64,000 nt of DNA, from contig NW_027191404.1 in NCBI RefSeq assembly GCF_041146345.1, positions 930,001-994,000 of the forward strand. Reading direction: 5' to 3'. Source of the stretch: Neodothiora populina (lineage: Eukaryota). A program made the translations under genes and the position numbers. The notes under the pieces were generated by a model. That model did no database searches. It was not told where the DNA came from and saw nothing but the letters and a program-made list of their open reading frames with translations. Below are positions 1 through 13,089 of this stretch, one piece after another; within the stretch, counting starts at the first letter, position 1, and every line of letters begins with the position of its first letter.

Positions 1-723
1 TAAGCTGTTATAGCAACGTTAGCCAGCAACTTTATCGTCCATGTATTGGGTAATTCGGTGAGAGTCTATTCATCGTAGCAAAGCGAGTTGCGGTTGTGAA
101 GCCGGAGAAACTGCCTAAGGGTGGGAGCGAGGTGGACTTATAGATCAAAGTGTAACTCATGTCGGCGATGGGTAGACGTGGACCAGCTCAAGGTAGAGGA
201 GGCATCGAATAAGGAAGGTGCTTGGTCGAGATCAACGAGCACGTGCGTACAAGCAAGTCTGCACTAAGACCAGGTAGCCAGGTTAGGTAACTTCCTAGGA
301 AGGTGCCATATAGAACATACCTTCATGACGAATTCAGTCAGACTCCTGGCGGGCGCAGCGTGTGCCGCAGTGGCAATGTACTGGCATAGGCACGTTATGG
401 ATGTGGACCATGTCAGGAAGAAACGTTCGGGGAAAGGACTTGTGGATCTGAAATGTTTGTGGTATACCTATACGCGTGTTCTCATACGATCCGAGGGGTA
501 TCAAAGCAGCAATAAGCTCCAGTCCGCAAAAAGGAGGAGGCGCGGATTCTCACCAACGCCACACTTGCTTGATCACCTGAAGTTGCGCAACACGAATTTG
601 GCTCAGCGTAGACCGTTCGAGAGCAAAGCCCACACCTGCCTTTTTGCAATAGTTGGAATTGTTGTCGAAGGATTACTTTTGCCTCACTCTTCTCATGCCT
701 TTGCCAAGTTTGTGTGTTTCTGC

Positions 724-1680
724 TCAGCCTCCTTTCCTGGGACCTACTGGAGGAGTGCCAGTCCCTTGGGCTCGATTCGCGATTTTCCTCCTCTCACCGT
801 CTACAACCTTCTTGATCTGTGGTACCATGTGCTGTTTGTCCTTTGGTGCCTTGACGTCCTCGGAAGTGTATGGCGGATCAATGCGCACAGAGTCCATGAG
901 GATGATACTGTCGTCGGCCCAGCGCGTTTGGTTCGAGTACCTGTGAAATTGATTTAGTGACTTGGACTATATCCCGCACCCACACCATGTCTGGATCGTA
1001 CATTTTGTCCAGAGAATAGAACAGTTCTTGTCCTATGGGGCTGACGCCCTTTCCCTTTTTCTTCTCGTCGTCCTTTTGCTTTTGCACGGCCTTCTCCTCT
1101 CGTTGTTTGAGACGCTTAATGTCAATCCTGGAGATTGGAGGTGCATTCACGTTGCCGGCAGTCCAGTCATGGTCCAGCTCTCCTCCAATGACACTATCAT
1201 TGTCGGAACGTGCCGGCTGGTTCTCCTGTCCGGGTAGTGAAAGGATCTGGAAACTGAGGATATGCTTCAGGGGGATGATGTGGTAGTTGCCAGGTTGAGA
1301 GGACAGAGAAGTGGCAGGATTGGGCGGCGCGGGAGAGCAGTTGATGGCGATGATGTTGAGAATGGGATCAGCGGTGAACAGCACACCAATGAGGGTTTTG
1401 TTGTCAGGTTGGACTGTCTTGACTTGGATTCTGCAACGTGGTGAGGGCGTGGTCAGCATATCGTCCAATGCTTGTGCTTTGCCCCGTGGCTATACTGCCG
1501 CGCAGCGCTCGTTACTGACCTTGCACCCAGTGCAGCTCTCAATCCATTCAATGACTCCGACCTCAAACCCGAAGGTGTTGCAGACGGCGCTGTCGATACG
1601 CTTGAAGCAGGGCCAGGAGCAGTCTTGGGCGTGGCCACCTTCCCAGAGACCGAACCGCGCTTGCCGCCGCTTTCTGCCAT
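724..1680 (-). CDS. LSM12: LSM12-like protein (LSM fold plus C-terminal anticodon-binding AD domain), 3 exons
   Basis: ATG at 1680 (MAESGGKRGS...). GT-AG introns at 1519-1431 and 1001-941 join into one frame: ...GVLFTADPILNIIAIN...YHIIPLKHILSFQIL...GKGVSPIGQELFYSLDKMYSNQTRWADDSIILMDSVRIDPPY...GPRKGG*. Confidence 0.85.
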
Positions 1681-2391
1681 ATTTGAGGAAAATCCAGAGC
1701 ACTCAAAGTGCACCCTCGAATTCGTCGGTGTGATGGGTCGCAAGCCCGAGTTATTGTTTGTGCAATGGGGATATGTCCCGTCACTGAGTCTGAGAGGATC
1801 ACGCCAGCGACTGCGACATGTGGAGACCAAACGAAAAAGAGCGACGAGGAGGAAGATGAAAACACCAGCAATCGAATGCGGCACTCAAAGCAAAGATATA
1901 TCAATGGCCTATATCACAAAACACACTCCCGCTACTCCTCGCCGTTGAACAAGTCACGAAAGACGATTGCAGTAGAGCTTCAGGTGACGTGGTGGTGCCT
2001 GGGGACGTGACCCTGAGCCAATCCTCCCACTCCCACTCCCACATTTGCCCGTGCGTCCGCGTCCGTCGTCCGTTGTCGTCCAACATCTCTGCGTCTACAA
2101 CACCTTGCCAACTCACGCAACCTTGCTCGACCACGCTGTCTGCGCCAGACATGCGGCAGAATGAGCAACTCATCTCCCCTTCACTGCCACACTGCGGCTG
2201 GCGTTGACATTTCACAGTTTCACCGACAACAAAGTGACCAGGGATTGCGTTTTGACTTTTTGAATTAATTGCATGGCATAGTATTTGCATTCTCATTCTC
2301 ATTGCCCTACAGCAGCAGGCGGCTAGATGTCATCAAGCGCCTAGCCCGCTCTATCTTCGTCGAGCTAAGGTTATATATCATATCCAACACT

Positions 2392-4368
2392 TTAAGCGTT
2401 GTAGGTAGAGGCGGAGACGTTACCACCACGGCCGGTCCAGTTGACGTGGATGTCCTTGCCCTCGGGGTACTTCTCTGAGGCGTGCTCGGACTTGATGCGG
2501 AAGGTGTGGGCACCGAAGTAGTCACGCTGGGCCTGGAGAAGGTTGGCGGGGAGGTTCTCGGTCCTGTAGCCGTCGTAGAAGGACAAGGCGGTGGAGAAGG
2601 CGGGAGTGGGGATACCCCAGAGAGCGCCGTTGGCGATCGTCTTTCTCCATCCCTCCTGGGCGGTGTGGATGGCCTTGTTGAAGAAGTCGTCGAAGAGAAG
2701 GTTCTCAAGGTCGGGGTTTCTGCGGTAGGCAGAGGTGATGTCCTTGAGGAAGACGGAACGGATGATGCAGCCACCACGCCACATGAGGGCGATGTCGGGC
2801 TTGTTGAGCTTCCAGCCGTACTCCTTGGCAGCCTGTTGCAGAAATTTGGTCAGTCAATCTATCAATGGCAGAGAAGGCGACGACCACAAGGACTTACGGC
2901 TTGCATGAGCATGAAACCCTGGGCGTATGAGATGATCTTGGAGGCGTAGACGGCCTGCTCGAGGTCGGCAAGAGCAGCCTTCTTGTCACCAGTGAACTTG
3001 GGGGAAGGACCGTCGAGGACCTTGGAGGCGCGGATACGCTCAGACTTGAGGGAAGACAAGCAGCGGGAGAAGACGGCCTCGCCGACGAGAGTGACGGGCA
3101 TGCCGAGGTCGAGAGCGTTGATGGCGGTCCACTTGCCGGTACCCTTCTGGCCAGCAGAGTCCATGATCTTCTCGAGGAGAGGGGTTCCATCATCGTCGTT
3201 GAAGTAGAGAATGTCACGGGTGATCTCAATGAGGAAGGAGTCGAGGACACCCTTGTTCCACTCGGCGAAAACGTCACCCATCTCCTTGTTGGAGAGACCG
3301 AATCCACGCTTCATGATGTCGTAGGCCTGCAGAGAGTCAGATGAGCGGTTGCAGCCGAGATTTCCTTCTGGGGCCGTCTTCTTACCTCGCAGATCAACTG
3401 CATGTCTCCGTACTCGATACCGTTGTGGACCATCTTGACGTAGTGACCAGCACCCTCGTCACCGACCCATTGGCAGCAGGCCTCGCCGTCAGACTTGGCC
3501 GAGATGCTCTGGAGGACGTCCTTGACGTAAGGCCAGGCCTCCTCGTTGCCACCTGGCATGATGGAGGGACCATAACGGGCACCCTCCTCACCACCGGAGA
3601 CACCGGAACCGACGAATCGGATGCCCTTGGAGGCGAGGTACTTGGTGCGGCGGTTGGTGTCGGGGAAGTGAGAGTTGCCACCGTCAATGATGATGTCGCC
3701 CTCCTCGACGCCTCCCTCGGTGAGGAGAAGCTCGATGAAGTCGTCGACGGGCTTACCGGCCATGACAAGCATCATCATAACTCTTGGCTTGCGGAGCTTC
3801 TGGACGAACTCCTTGATGGAGTGGGCGCCGACAATGGACTTGCCCTTGGCCTCGTTCTCGAGGAAGCGGTCGACCTTGGAGACGGTACGGTTGAAGGCGA
3901 CACAGTTGAAACCGTGGTCGGCGGCGTTAAGGATCAGGTTCTGACCCATAACGGCCAGACCAATGAGACCGAAGTCTCCGCTGAAAGGAAGATATCATGT
4001 CAGTGGTGACTCTGGAGGGCAGGTACGAACAATACAGGAAGGAGCAAAGTCGATGAAAATCAGAACCTTTTCCAAAGCATCGTCAAGCGTGCGCAATGGA
4101 GGGGAAACGGATTTTCAGGCACTGTACAAAACAAGAAAATGCAAGAACAGGAACAAAGAGGCGGGCAGAGTGATTGTACAGCATAACAATATGCACATGG
4201 CAACGGAAGTGGAGGTTGAGCTGCTGCTGCTGCCCCTCCACCACCGCCACTTTCTCTGCTGTTGCTGCTGCTGCCCACTGCCGCCCGCCGTCTGGCTTAT
4301 GGTGGGGTTCTGAAATATGAGAAACAAGAAGAGAACACAGAAACTTACTTTGCCTCGGTAGCAGACAT
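2392..4368 (-). CDS. GND1: 6-phosphogluconate dehydrogenase, decarboxylating (4 exons)
   Basis: Motifs GLIGLAVMGQNL, IIDGGNS, VKMVHNGIEYGDMQLI, QKGTGKWT, WRGGCIIRS and QAQRDYFGAH. Micro-exon MSATEA(N) at 4368-4349, then a 368-nt first intron (4348-3981). Strong codon bias. Confidence 0.98.
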
Positions 4369-5886
4369 ATTTGTAGAAGATCTATGAAGCTGGTGTGTGA
4401 AGCTGTATAGTCTCTTCTGAGCAGATGATTGTAGCTGAGAAGAAGAAGAGTGCGGTCAGTGTCGGAGTATTATAAGGGTGAGAGTTACGGAAGCTGGCCG
4501 GAGGTTGTGAAAAGTGTTGTTGAGCCGGGAGAGGGGCAGCAGTCCGCTACGCTTGGACAGAAAGCGCTACGCCAGTGATTCACTCAAGTCAGCCAAGCTC
4601 CAACCCATTATGCAATGATGCGTTTTGCCTGTGCCTGCGACTGCGCGCCGTCTCTGGTCTTAGTACTCCGTACACTGCCTACTTGGACAGATGCGGTAGC
4701 CACAGATGAGGATACTCTGTAAGATCACCTGGCGCCTCTGATTTCATTCTTCACCCCCTCCACATCCATTGTGATGCAGTCAGACTCAGACTCACCTTAC
4801 TTTTGATATTGATGACATTGTATGCAGGTATGTACAGTTGGTGTGTGTTTCCTTCAGGCTCTCAACTGCTCATGACAGAACCCGGCCCTAGCGAATCACC
4901 TACAAAGCTTCGTGTACAATAACGCCCTTGTCGCTACGGACGGCTGTCGAGAGGGGGCGGGGGATTCGTTCATGGTCTGATTCCGGCCGACCATCGCCCA
5001 TCGGCAGAATCACCATCTATCGGCTTCTGCTCACCTGCAAGACAGACCGACAGTGCACTTAACCCACCCATCCTCACTCTCTCTGCCCCTCCGTTCTGTC
5101 TTTCTCGGCCCCACTCTCGAGTGTCGCATGTCTTCGAGTGGTTTTGTCCCGCGCAACAGACAGCCAAGCCCGATCACGCTCTGATCTCAAACCCTCTTCT
5201 TCTGAAATCTTTCTACCCGACGTCACATTAACCACGTTCCACTGGTGTATCTCCGGCCCCGATGCGGTGTTAAGTTGCAAAGGCGAAGCTTTGATTACAC
5301 AACCCGGAGCACTGTACTCCTAATCCAGGCACACGTTGAATACCTTGCCTTACAGTACTGTAGCAGTGCCCAAACGTTCTCAGATCGAGCGTGTGTGTGT
5401 GGGCTGGCCCAATTGTCCAGACTGGAACAGGTGCGGCTAATTTACCCGCCTATCCCAAGAAAACCCATACCCCTCCATCGGCGACTGCTTCAGACAGCTC
5501 CTACCTTGTCGTTCTTGGCAATTCGGTATAGGCACATTCCTACTGTACATACAAAACGTGTGGGACAGTCTCTGCGTGTCTTCCTTCTGCCCCGTCTGCC
5601 TTTCCTGGTCGCATCCTGTTTCTTCCTACCTCAACAGGCGCGAGTAGTTCAGAGCGTAAGTCACTGCTGCTGCGCCAAGACAACGGAAAAGTTGCTCGCA
5701 GCAATTACTGCACCTTAGCAAGCCCCGAACGCAGCATACGTAGTTTGGGAGCAGAACATCGCTGAAGGTAAGACTATTTCCGCCTTGAGACCGTGTCCTC
5801 CGTCGTAACTTCTCTCGGCCTGTCTACCCGTGAAGAAGTGCTGCCGGTGTGTGATACGCGACATCTATCTTGCAACTATACAAATC

Positions 5887-7106
5887 ATGTCGCATCCAAA
5901 CTCAACAAATCAGTCCTACTCAGGACGATCTACGCCACAACCACCACCACCTGGCCTTCCAAACCGCCCGCCTCCATCCGCTGTCTCTAACAATGCTGCT
6001 TTTGCTGCCTTCAAACCCCGCGCTGTCGCTACGCCGCCCGCGCGACCTGCGACACACTCACCGGCGCCCGGCGCGTACAACTACCCTGCGTCGACATATG
6101 GAATGAGCTATCCTCAGCAGTCTGCCGCGCCTGCCACTCAGTCTTACTATCCAGGCGCGACCAGCGCATACCCAACTGCTCCAGCCGGACAAGCATATTA
6201 TGGGGGAGCAGCAGCAGCCTATCCAGGATATTCTGGGACGGCAGCTGAGTACGGTCAGACTCCGCCTCAGATCAAAAATCCATTCGCTCCGCCACCCACT
6301 AGAAGCACAGGAGGATCACTCTATGGAAACAGCTTTGATCCAGAGTACGAAGCTCAGATTCAGCAATGGCAGAGCGCATACGCCCCAAAGGACGAAAGCA
6401 ACTCAAAAGCCAACCTCGGCAAGTCTGGCAAAGGAGAAGGCGCAGCCTCAGCAGGCGGTGCGAACGCAATTCCCCTCAGCGGTGCCTCATCGCGCACGCA
6501 AGCAGCCGCTCCCACGACCGCACAAGCAGTGCCTGTAGAGCCTCCTGTCAACCCTGTGGACAAAGACAAGACCGTTGTGCGTTCTGGAGGAGGTCAAAAG
6601 TGGGAAGACCCTACACTACTCGAATGGGGAAACCATCCTCGCTTGTTCATCGGAAATCTTGCAGGTGAGGTGACTGATGAGTCTTTGCTGAAGGCCTTTG
6701 CGAAGTACCCTTCAGTCCAGAAGGCCAGAGTGGTCCGTGACAAGCGCACCACAAAAAGCAAAGGCTATGGATTCGTGAGTCTTGCCAACACGGACGAGTT
6801 CTTCCAGGCCGCTAAGGAGATGAACGGCAAGTATATTGGCAGTCATCCCGTACTCATCAAGCGCGCCGAGGCCGAGATCAAGCCTGTCGTGAAGAAGGAT
6901 GACAGACATGGGAGAAACAACAGAAACAAGAACAATAACAAGAATAAGAACAACAACACAGAAGCCAAGGACCCCCTGGGAGCGAATACTGGCTCTGGTG
7001 TACAGAAGAAGCAATCTAAATCATCGGGACAATACAAGGTGAGCATCGTTGGCCATTGTCTAAACTTACATAACTCGATGCTGACTTCTCGCAGATGCTT
7101 GGTTGA
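5887..7106 (+). CDS. Single-RRM RNA-binding protein (RBM42-like)
   Basis: P/A/Y-rich N-terminus, then VVRSGGGQKWEDPTLLEW, RNP2 LFIGNL and RNP1 KGYGFVS. Intron 7039-7094 gives the terminal ...YKMLG*. Confidence 0.9.
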
Positions 7107-7426
7107 GTACTTTTACGATGTCATCACTTGAGCTATGGGTGTATTTCGAGCGACGGCGCGACAGGCGTTCGGTATACTAGGCTTTCTATCATCTTCGCCC
7201 CTTCCGCTCTGGCCATCAACATATATGAGCACAGTGGAAGCAACGCCTTGAACTTGGAAAAGCTTGATTGAAGTCGCCTCAGTAATATTGGCCAGATGTA
7301 GTCTGGTAGCATTATGACCTCTAGCTCAATTCAAGCAGGACAAAACGAGGATTTAATAATTGCCGTGGGCATCTGCGGTGCACTACCAAAGAAAGTACCT
7401 CCCACTTGCGAGGGATCAGCAGAGGC

Positions 7427-8237
7427 TCACATAAGATCAGGCACCGGTGGCCCTGCTTCTTCTGTCTTCTTTAAGCTATCAACCACGTCCTCCAGTCTCA
7501 TGCCCGGCCGTGGAAGACGATAAGTTACAGCATCTCTCAATCCCAGCGTCCCACTCGTGTACGCCCCTTTGGTCACCTCGCCTCTGCTGAAGCCAGCTCG
7601 CTCAAGTAATTTCATACTCGGTTGGTTTTCAACGTCTACATGCGCCTGTATGTAGTCCATTGGTGGTTGTCCATTGACTATGTCCTCTGCAGACTCGGAC
7701 ATCGACAACGAGGAAGGCATTATCTCGAACAATTTGGGAAGAAATGCCAACAGTGCTTCGGTGGCGTATCCTTGCTTTCCATAGTCCGAGTTGAACTTGT
7801 AACCTAGAGTTCCAAGTTCATGTGCACAGCCCATGAGTCCGATGACTTTGCCATTCCGCTGGTCTTTGTTCTTGAGTTGTTCTTCATTAGCCCCGTTGCT
7901 TGCATTGTCAGCTGCAGTATCCGACAGTAGGGTCACAGCGAAGCTGAAGACACCGGGTCCACTCCTCTGCTGCAGGTGTGTCACTGCTTCGTCTAGTTCT
8001 GTGGCTACAGGACGTGTCCTAGACGAATATAATGTTAAAACTCCATATTTCGATCATCGCGATTAGAAGGAAAGATGAAATTAGAAAGCGATTGCAATGC
8101 GAAATCAACACTTACGTGTACTTCATGACTTCCGGTTTTTGCATTAACCCAAATATATCTGTTGCATCTTGCTCCGGATTCATTTGGCGTAGTAGCAGCC
8201 GGGGTGTTCTGATCGAGGTCGGGGTCGGTTTTGCCAT
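7427..8237 (-). CDS. GNAT-family acetyltransferase (RimJ/RimL type), 2 exons
   Basis: Exon 1 reads MAKPTPTSIRTPRLLLRQM...PEVMKYT, followed by intron 8115-8019. Exon 2 has LGY...GKQGYATEAL and VDVENQPSMKLLERAGF. Confidence 0.88.
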
Positions 8238-8622
8238 TGTACAGTGTATCAGCGATTTTTAGGAATAAGTGCAACGCGAAATGTTCAAGAAAAGTAGAAA
8301 GATGCTGTTTCACGTATGTCACCGATCACTTACTATTCTCTGACTCATAATCGCAGTTGAGTGATGGGGAGAGTCACAGTATAGTACCTCGAGAAACGAG
8401 ATCCCGCTGCGGACAGTTAAGCGAAATGACTCGCGTGGGGAGTTGTGGAGCTTCGTAGTTTGTATTTACTGCGTCCATTATTGATAAATACATGTATGCA
8501 GTATTCTATCAGGACTACCAGATACCGAATTGGAAATCGAAAATGAGCATGACCAAGTCCTAAACCCATGATCCAGCACAAGTCTATCAAGCTCGACATC
8601 TGAATGATCCGGCATCGTCAAG

Positions 8623-10656
8623 ATGAGTGACTCTGCAATTTCGGCATCCGCAAAGGGTGCCTCCTTTTTAATCCTTCTTCAAATCGGTTCACGAGCCCTC
8701 ACATTCGCATTGAACCAGATCCTGCTACGCTTTCTTTCGCCCGAATTGCTCGGTGTTTCTGTGCAGCTAGAGCTCTACTGCATCTCTGTGCTTTATTTCT
8801 CACGGGAGTCCCTGCGTGTGACATTACAGCGACGAGCAGATGGCGTGCAAGCAGTCGTCAATCTGGCATATCTGGCTCTTGCTGCCGGTGTGCCGATTTC
8901 ATACTTGCTTGCAGAGTTGTATCTGCGTACGGAACTCCCTAATGTTGCTCACTTGATTCTCTCACTTCAGATCTATGGCGTTGCTGCGCTCGTCGAGCTC
9001 TGCTCTGAGCCTTCGTTTGTCGCCGGTCAGCAGAAGATGCTTTACAAGGTCAGAGCATCTGCCGAGGCTGCCGCTACCATCATGAAGACGTTCGTCACTG
9101 TGGGCTTGGTCTTTTGGGCTGCTTCTGGTGCGGGTGGCGAGAAAAAGGATCTGGGTGTTCTGCCATTCGCTGCTGGACAGTTGGCTTATGCTGTTTGTCT
9201 TTTGCTGGTTTACATTGGACGTATGGCCGTGGTGGCGAGGTCTGAAGGGTTTTCTTTGCTTCCCAGACGCATTGTTTCCACGTATGTTGCTCATTTCACG
9301 TCTTTGCTGTCCATCGTTCGAAGCAGTCGTGTATCCAGTCTTGGTCATCTGATGTCGTCAATAGTAGAACCGAGAAGTTCTGGCTTTCTCTCTTCTCAAA
9401 TCCTCTACTCAACCTTACTTTGAGTCTCACGATCCAATCGAGTATCAAATACGTCCTGACGCAAGGCGATTCTCTTCTTATTGCCTCTCTGGCATCACTA
9501 CAGGATCAGGGCGCTTACGCACTATCGTCAAACTACGGAGGACTGATAGCGCGAATGCTTTTCCAGCCAATTGAAGAAGCGTCGAGGAATCTGTTCGCGA
9601 AACTTTGCGCGCCCGCTTCTACTCCTGCTCCCACAACAACATCAATAACAACGGAAGGCAAGCAAGCCGCTGCCACTCAAGAAACAGCAGCATCAAAAGC
9701 CAACATCCAAAGAGCCGCCCAGACCCTCCACCAGATCCTGACCCTCTACACTCTACTTTCCCTAATAATAACCACCCTAGGACCATCCCTCTCCCACCCC
9801 CTCCTGACCCTGATAGCAGGCAGCAAATGGACCTCAACAGGCGCATCGAGCGTCCTAGCGCTCTACGCAAACTACATCCCGCTCCTGGCCATCAACGGCG
9901 TCACCGAGGCTTTTGTTGCCGCCACGGCCACGCGAGGAGAGCTCTACCGCCAATCCATCTGGATGGGCGTGTTTTCGGCCGTGTTCGCAGGCAGCGCGTT
10001 CTTGTTCCTTCGCGTGCTGGAGTGGGGCGCGAAGGGGCTCGTGGTGGCGAATTGCGTAGGCATGGCGTGTCGGATTGTGTTCAATCTTGGGTTTGTCAAG
10101 GCGTTCTTCAAGCGGAATGGAGAGGTTTGTTTCTTCTTCTTGCTGCGTTGCTCCCTTTTTGCTTGACTCGCATTCTACTCTCGACACGCATGCACGTTCC
10201 TCGTCCAACGATATGAGCTTGCAAGACAGAAATTCAGTCAAGACTAACACAAACCTAACACGCAGACCTTCTCAATCCAATCCATTCTACCAACGTTCTA
10301 CACAATAGCATCAACAGGTCTAGCCATGGCGCTAGTGAACACCACCGCCTTACCAACATCGACAGCGTCAAAAAAAGGCATTTTCACTCCCCTCGCGCTT
10401 TTCCTTTCTCGCTACGGCGTGCTGGGCGAATTGGTCCGTATTGGGGCGGTCGGGGTTGTTTACGTCATTGCGCTGTGAGTCTTTCTCTTTTTTTTCCTTT
10501 TTCTCTATCTTCCTCTCTCTGTTTTGTTGTCAAGTTTCCTCCTTTGCATGCGATTCACGGACTCTGCGAAATGGTACTTTCGCTTCTCTTCCGTTTCACT
10601 TCTCTTCCGAGAGGGGGGGTCCGTTGTGGTGAAGTAAAGCAGCGGCAGCGGCAGCG

Positions 10657-10688
<32 letters not shown>

Positions 10689-10798
10689 CGAAGACAACGT
10701 TGACTCGGGGGAATGATTGACTGATGTATCTTTACAGAGCATTCTTCGAGAGAAAGTTTCTCTTGGGGTTTTATAGGCAGATGAGACCTACGAGGTGA
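8623..10798 (+). CDS. RFT1: Man5GlcNAc2-PP-dolichol translocation protein Rft1 (4 exons)
   Basis: Motifs [61 protein letters not shown] and [14 protein letters not shown]. Introns at about 9282-9364, 10125-10265 and 10475-10737 keep the frame to TGA at 10796-10798. Confidence 0.95.
10639..10688. repeat. Compound microsatellite (GCAGCG)3(GCA)n(GTA)n in the last RFT1 intron
   Basis: Read directly: gcagcggcagcggcagcggcagcagcagcagcagcagcagcagtagtagt. Confidence 0.9.
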
Positions 10799-11217
10799 GT
10801 AGAGGGAAGCGAACCAGATGAAAAAGATATGAGAAAGGATATGTGGTGAAGATATTGAAACACCGGGAGTTCATGGCATGTGGTCCGAGGGCAAACCGTA
10901 TTGATTTGTGAATTGGGCTTATACTATGGTGAGAGAGTGAGTGAGATAAGAGAGAGACAAAAAGTCATAATTGCGATTTAGTATGACAAGCTTGATATTT
11001 TGTTGTAGTATATGCAATGTTTGTATATTGAGTAGCAGGCCTGAAATGCGCCAGGAATGATGCTTAAAAGTTTGTGACTTCTTTGTCCAGACTTTACTTT
11101 CTCCAAAATCTTGAATTTCTTTTCGTGATAAAATGCAGTCTTCCTTCATGCTTCTCCCGCTCGCTCTCGCCACGTCATGTATCTCATCATAATGCAAACG
11201 GACACTAAACCGATCCC

Positions 11218-12710
11218 TTAGTAAGGGTAGGCTCTCACTTCCTCCTCCCTGCTCAAGTCCAATCCCTCGGCGACTTGCTTCTCGTGCTGCTCGTCCAGGT
11301 ACTTGAGAAGCACGTTCTTGTACTTCTCCTTGCCCTTGTACTTTGACACGTCTTCGCCCCAACTCCTGATGGCAGAGGCCAGGCGGCCGGGAACGTAGGG
11401 CTCCTTGCAGATCTCGGTCATGGGGAGGAAGTAGGTGCGGATGGTGAACACGACACCGCCTGAGCGAGGTAGTCTGTTTTTTCATGTCAGTATTGATTTG
11501 TTTATTTGCAAGACACAAATTTGTCCATACCTTCGTAGACTTTGTCGCTCGCTGCGGAAGAAGTGGTGCTCAATAGCCTTGTCCGCTTCCGCAGTGGCCC
11601 AAGAAGCGTCGTCTGCATCCTCGGAGCCGATGCTGGAAGACCAAGGGAGCTGGTCGTCGACTTGGATAAAGTAGTTGTTTCGCTGGACGGGACCATCGGG
11701 CTTAACACGACGGAAGAAGTTCAACATGCCCTTCTCAAGCTTTTCCTTGTAGCCTGGCACATTACCGCTGTAGAAAGGGTCAGTGGCGTTCTGTAGCTCG
11801 AAACAGAAAGCAAACATACCTGGTGTGGATCTCGCTCAAAGGCATGCCGAGCTTGTCCTCAAGTTTCCAGAAACCGGCGAGCAAGATGGCACCCGCAAGC
11901 AGATAGTATTGTCCATCCTCCTTTTCGAACATAATGGCCAAGTCGTCTTGAGTCATCCTGGCCGCCATGCACATGGGATCTTCCTTGTTGCCGTTGCAGG
12001 TGAGGACATCCCTTCTGATGTCGAAGCTTTCGTTGGTGACAATGTTGTCCATTCCCACGTCCGTTTTTTTGAACATGCTAGGATATCTCTCGGGCAGGTA
12101 ACCACATAGCTCTTCGAGTAGCTCGACAGCGCCGTCGAAGACCTTAGGGTCGTCGGCAGTACGGAAGCACTTCTCACCGCGCTCGGCGATGCGGCGTTTC
12201 TTGTCCTCATGGTACTTCAAGTAGTGGTTGTCGAGCTCGATCCACTCATCCCAATTCATGCTGCGCAGACCCAACGTGATGTTGTACTTGGGTCCGTAAC
12301 GGAAAGGTCGGTAGGGAAGAGGCTTAGTTTCGTAGACAGACCAGTCAGGGTAGGTTTTCGCCGTGGGACGCTTCCAGTCCGAAGGGTACCATACTGCAAA
12401 GGTCAATTGACGATTCCTACTACTTATATGGAATCGAACACTCACCACCAGGAGGACGTTCGGATGCTTTCTCTCGTACTGTCGTAGGCTTCTCGGGATC
12501 GGGCGACCGTGATGCCGTCCGTAGAGGTGACTTGGATTTGAAGGCTGGAAGAACGAGACGTTGTATGAGAAAGGCGAAAACCAAAATGGCCAATCCAAGG
12601 TAGATGGCAGGCTTGAAGTCCGCAAGGCTTTTGGCGTCCTTGACGTTACTTGATTGTTTTAGGTTCTTCATGTTGCAATTATCCCGGATCCAAAGGCGAG
12701 CACCGTCCAT
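11218..12710 (-). CDS. DUF3445 (heme-dependent oxidative N-demethylase alpha-like) family protein with an N-terminal TM segment, 4 exons
   Basis: Motifs [58 protein letters not shown] and [25 protein letters not shown]. Three GT-AG introns keep the frame. Hydrophobic stretch [21 protein letters not shown]. Confidence 0.88.
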
Positions 12711-13089
12711 GGTTGCGATATGGTAAGGCAATGCCAAGACCAAGACTGAGATACCAAAGTTTTGTATAAAGTCGAATGGGCGAGAAGTTAAAGCTGATGA
12801 TAGCAGAGAGAGAAATGAGCGCCATCGAGGATACTTATTCTATCTGACCCAAGACGGGAATTGTAGTCTTTGGGTGTTGGGTGTTTGAATTGTGGAGATA
12901 AGGGTAAGCTCTGGTTGACGTTGGTCGTTATCGCTCCGGGGAAACATTTCCCTTTTGGGTCAGCATGCCCGCGCACCTCTGGACTATTTGTACATGGACT
13001 ACGTTCGAATATTCAAAACTGAATAAAAGCCCACGGAATCAGGTGAGCCTCGAACAATCGGCAAGCAAGCGCGTTATAGCTCACAAGGG

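Noticed and set aside
325..957. 210-aa plus-strand ORF
   Set aside because: Antisense to the last LSM12 exon and its 3' UTR; no recognisable domain.
2482..4009. Long antisense ORFs over GND1 (likewise over meaA, NAF1, ALG9 and hexokinase)
   Set aside because: Shadow ORFs caused by strong codon bias; no recognisable protein features.
3981..4348. Cryptic peroxisomal (PTS2) isoform of GND1 via the long first intron, as reported for Candida albicans
   Set aside because: An in-frame TGA lies just upstream of the acceptor and I saw no RL-x5-HL motif. Read-through of the TAA gives no PTS1 either.
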